Shown piece by piece: positions 63,760 to 64,000 of a stretch of 64,000 nucleotides of DNA. The notes under the pieces were generated by a model, which saw only the letters and a list, made by a program, of their open reading frames with translations, did no database searches and was not told the DNA's origin. Position 1 is the stretch's first letter; each line of letters starts with the position of its first letter. The DNA lies in the IMG/VR virus record IMGVR_UViG_3300008267_000012; one strand, given 5' to 3'. The position numbers were made by a program, and so were the translations under genes. This stretch comes from a virus. Lineage: Duplodnaviria; Caudoviricetes.

Positions 63760-64000
63760 TTAGATAAGTGGCAGATGGTCAGATGGATTGAAATTATCAT
63801 TCTCCTTTTTGAATAGTTCCACCATCTGTTTGCAAGTGGTGTGAGAATATTGATTGCGACCATCATAACGATAGTCATCAGATGCAACATACTCAATCCA
63901 CCTCAAACAAAGTCTTGTAAAAGATTGTTGGAGAGTACGATGCTCACTACCCATTGCATTTAAAAATCCTTGCTTATCACAACCGAAGTTGTTTACGAAG
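63760..64000 (-). CDS. Early-type hypothetical protein, 5' end beyond window
   Basis: The frame stays open from 63954 to the window edge. Confidence 0.6.
   Translation of the reverse strand, partial: FVNNFGCDKQGFLNAMGSEHRTLQQSFTRLCLRWIEYVASDDYRYDGRNQYSHTTCKQMVELFKKENDNFNPSDHLPLI

Overview
Segment of a large AT-rich tailed phage genome with T4-like (myovirus) morphogenesis genes. The host is probably Bacteroidota, inferred from repeated TAnnTTTG-type promoters, the absence of obvious Shine-Dalgarno motifs and signal peptides followed by Gln. Family assignments come from motif recognition by eye; no searches were run. (1) 1-32.9 kb is the virion module: tail tube and sheath, baseplate, neck, major capsid, scaffold, prohead protease, portal, large terminase, probable internal head proteins and lysis-type membrane proteins. 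(2) 33-53.5 kb holds replication and auxiliary genes: IMPDH/GMPR-family enzyme, family B DNA polymerase, a CLec-like/methyltransferase-like fusion next to a PaaK-like ligase, ThyX, a split MazG-like gene, PcfJ-like protein, metallophosphoesterase, thioredoxin, a stand-alone class II aaRS-like enzyme and an M15 endolysin. It also has tRNA-Leu(UAA), tRNA-Arg(UCU), an anticodon-less tRNA-like element and a structured candidate ncRNA. (3) 53.5-56.4 kb is a junction with 20-bp-periodic repeats, an HNH gene, a G-rich tract, IHF-like sites and a GC-rich sigma-factor-like gene preceded by a host-type promoter. (4) 56.4-64 kb is an array of small genes, most in their own promoter-ORF-terminator cassette. 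It carries 17 copies of a TGTAAGA-N17-TATA(C/T)T promoter-like motif. Four copies point the opposite way and precede non-coding sequence, three of them a conserved 47-nt element with a 5' hairpin. The best candidate for an undescribed system is this putative sigma factor, its cassette promoter array and the associated small-RNA family.
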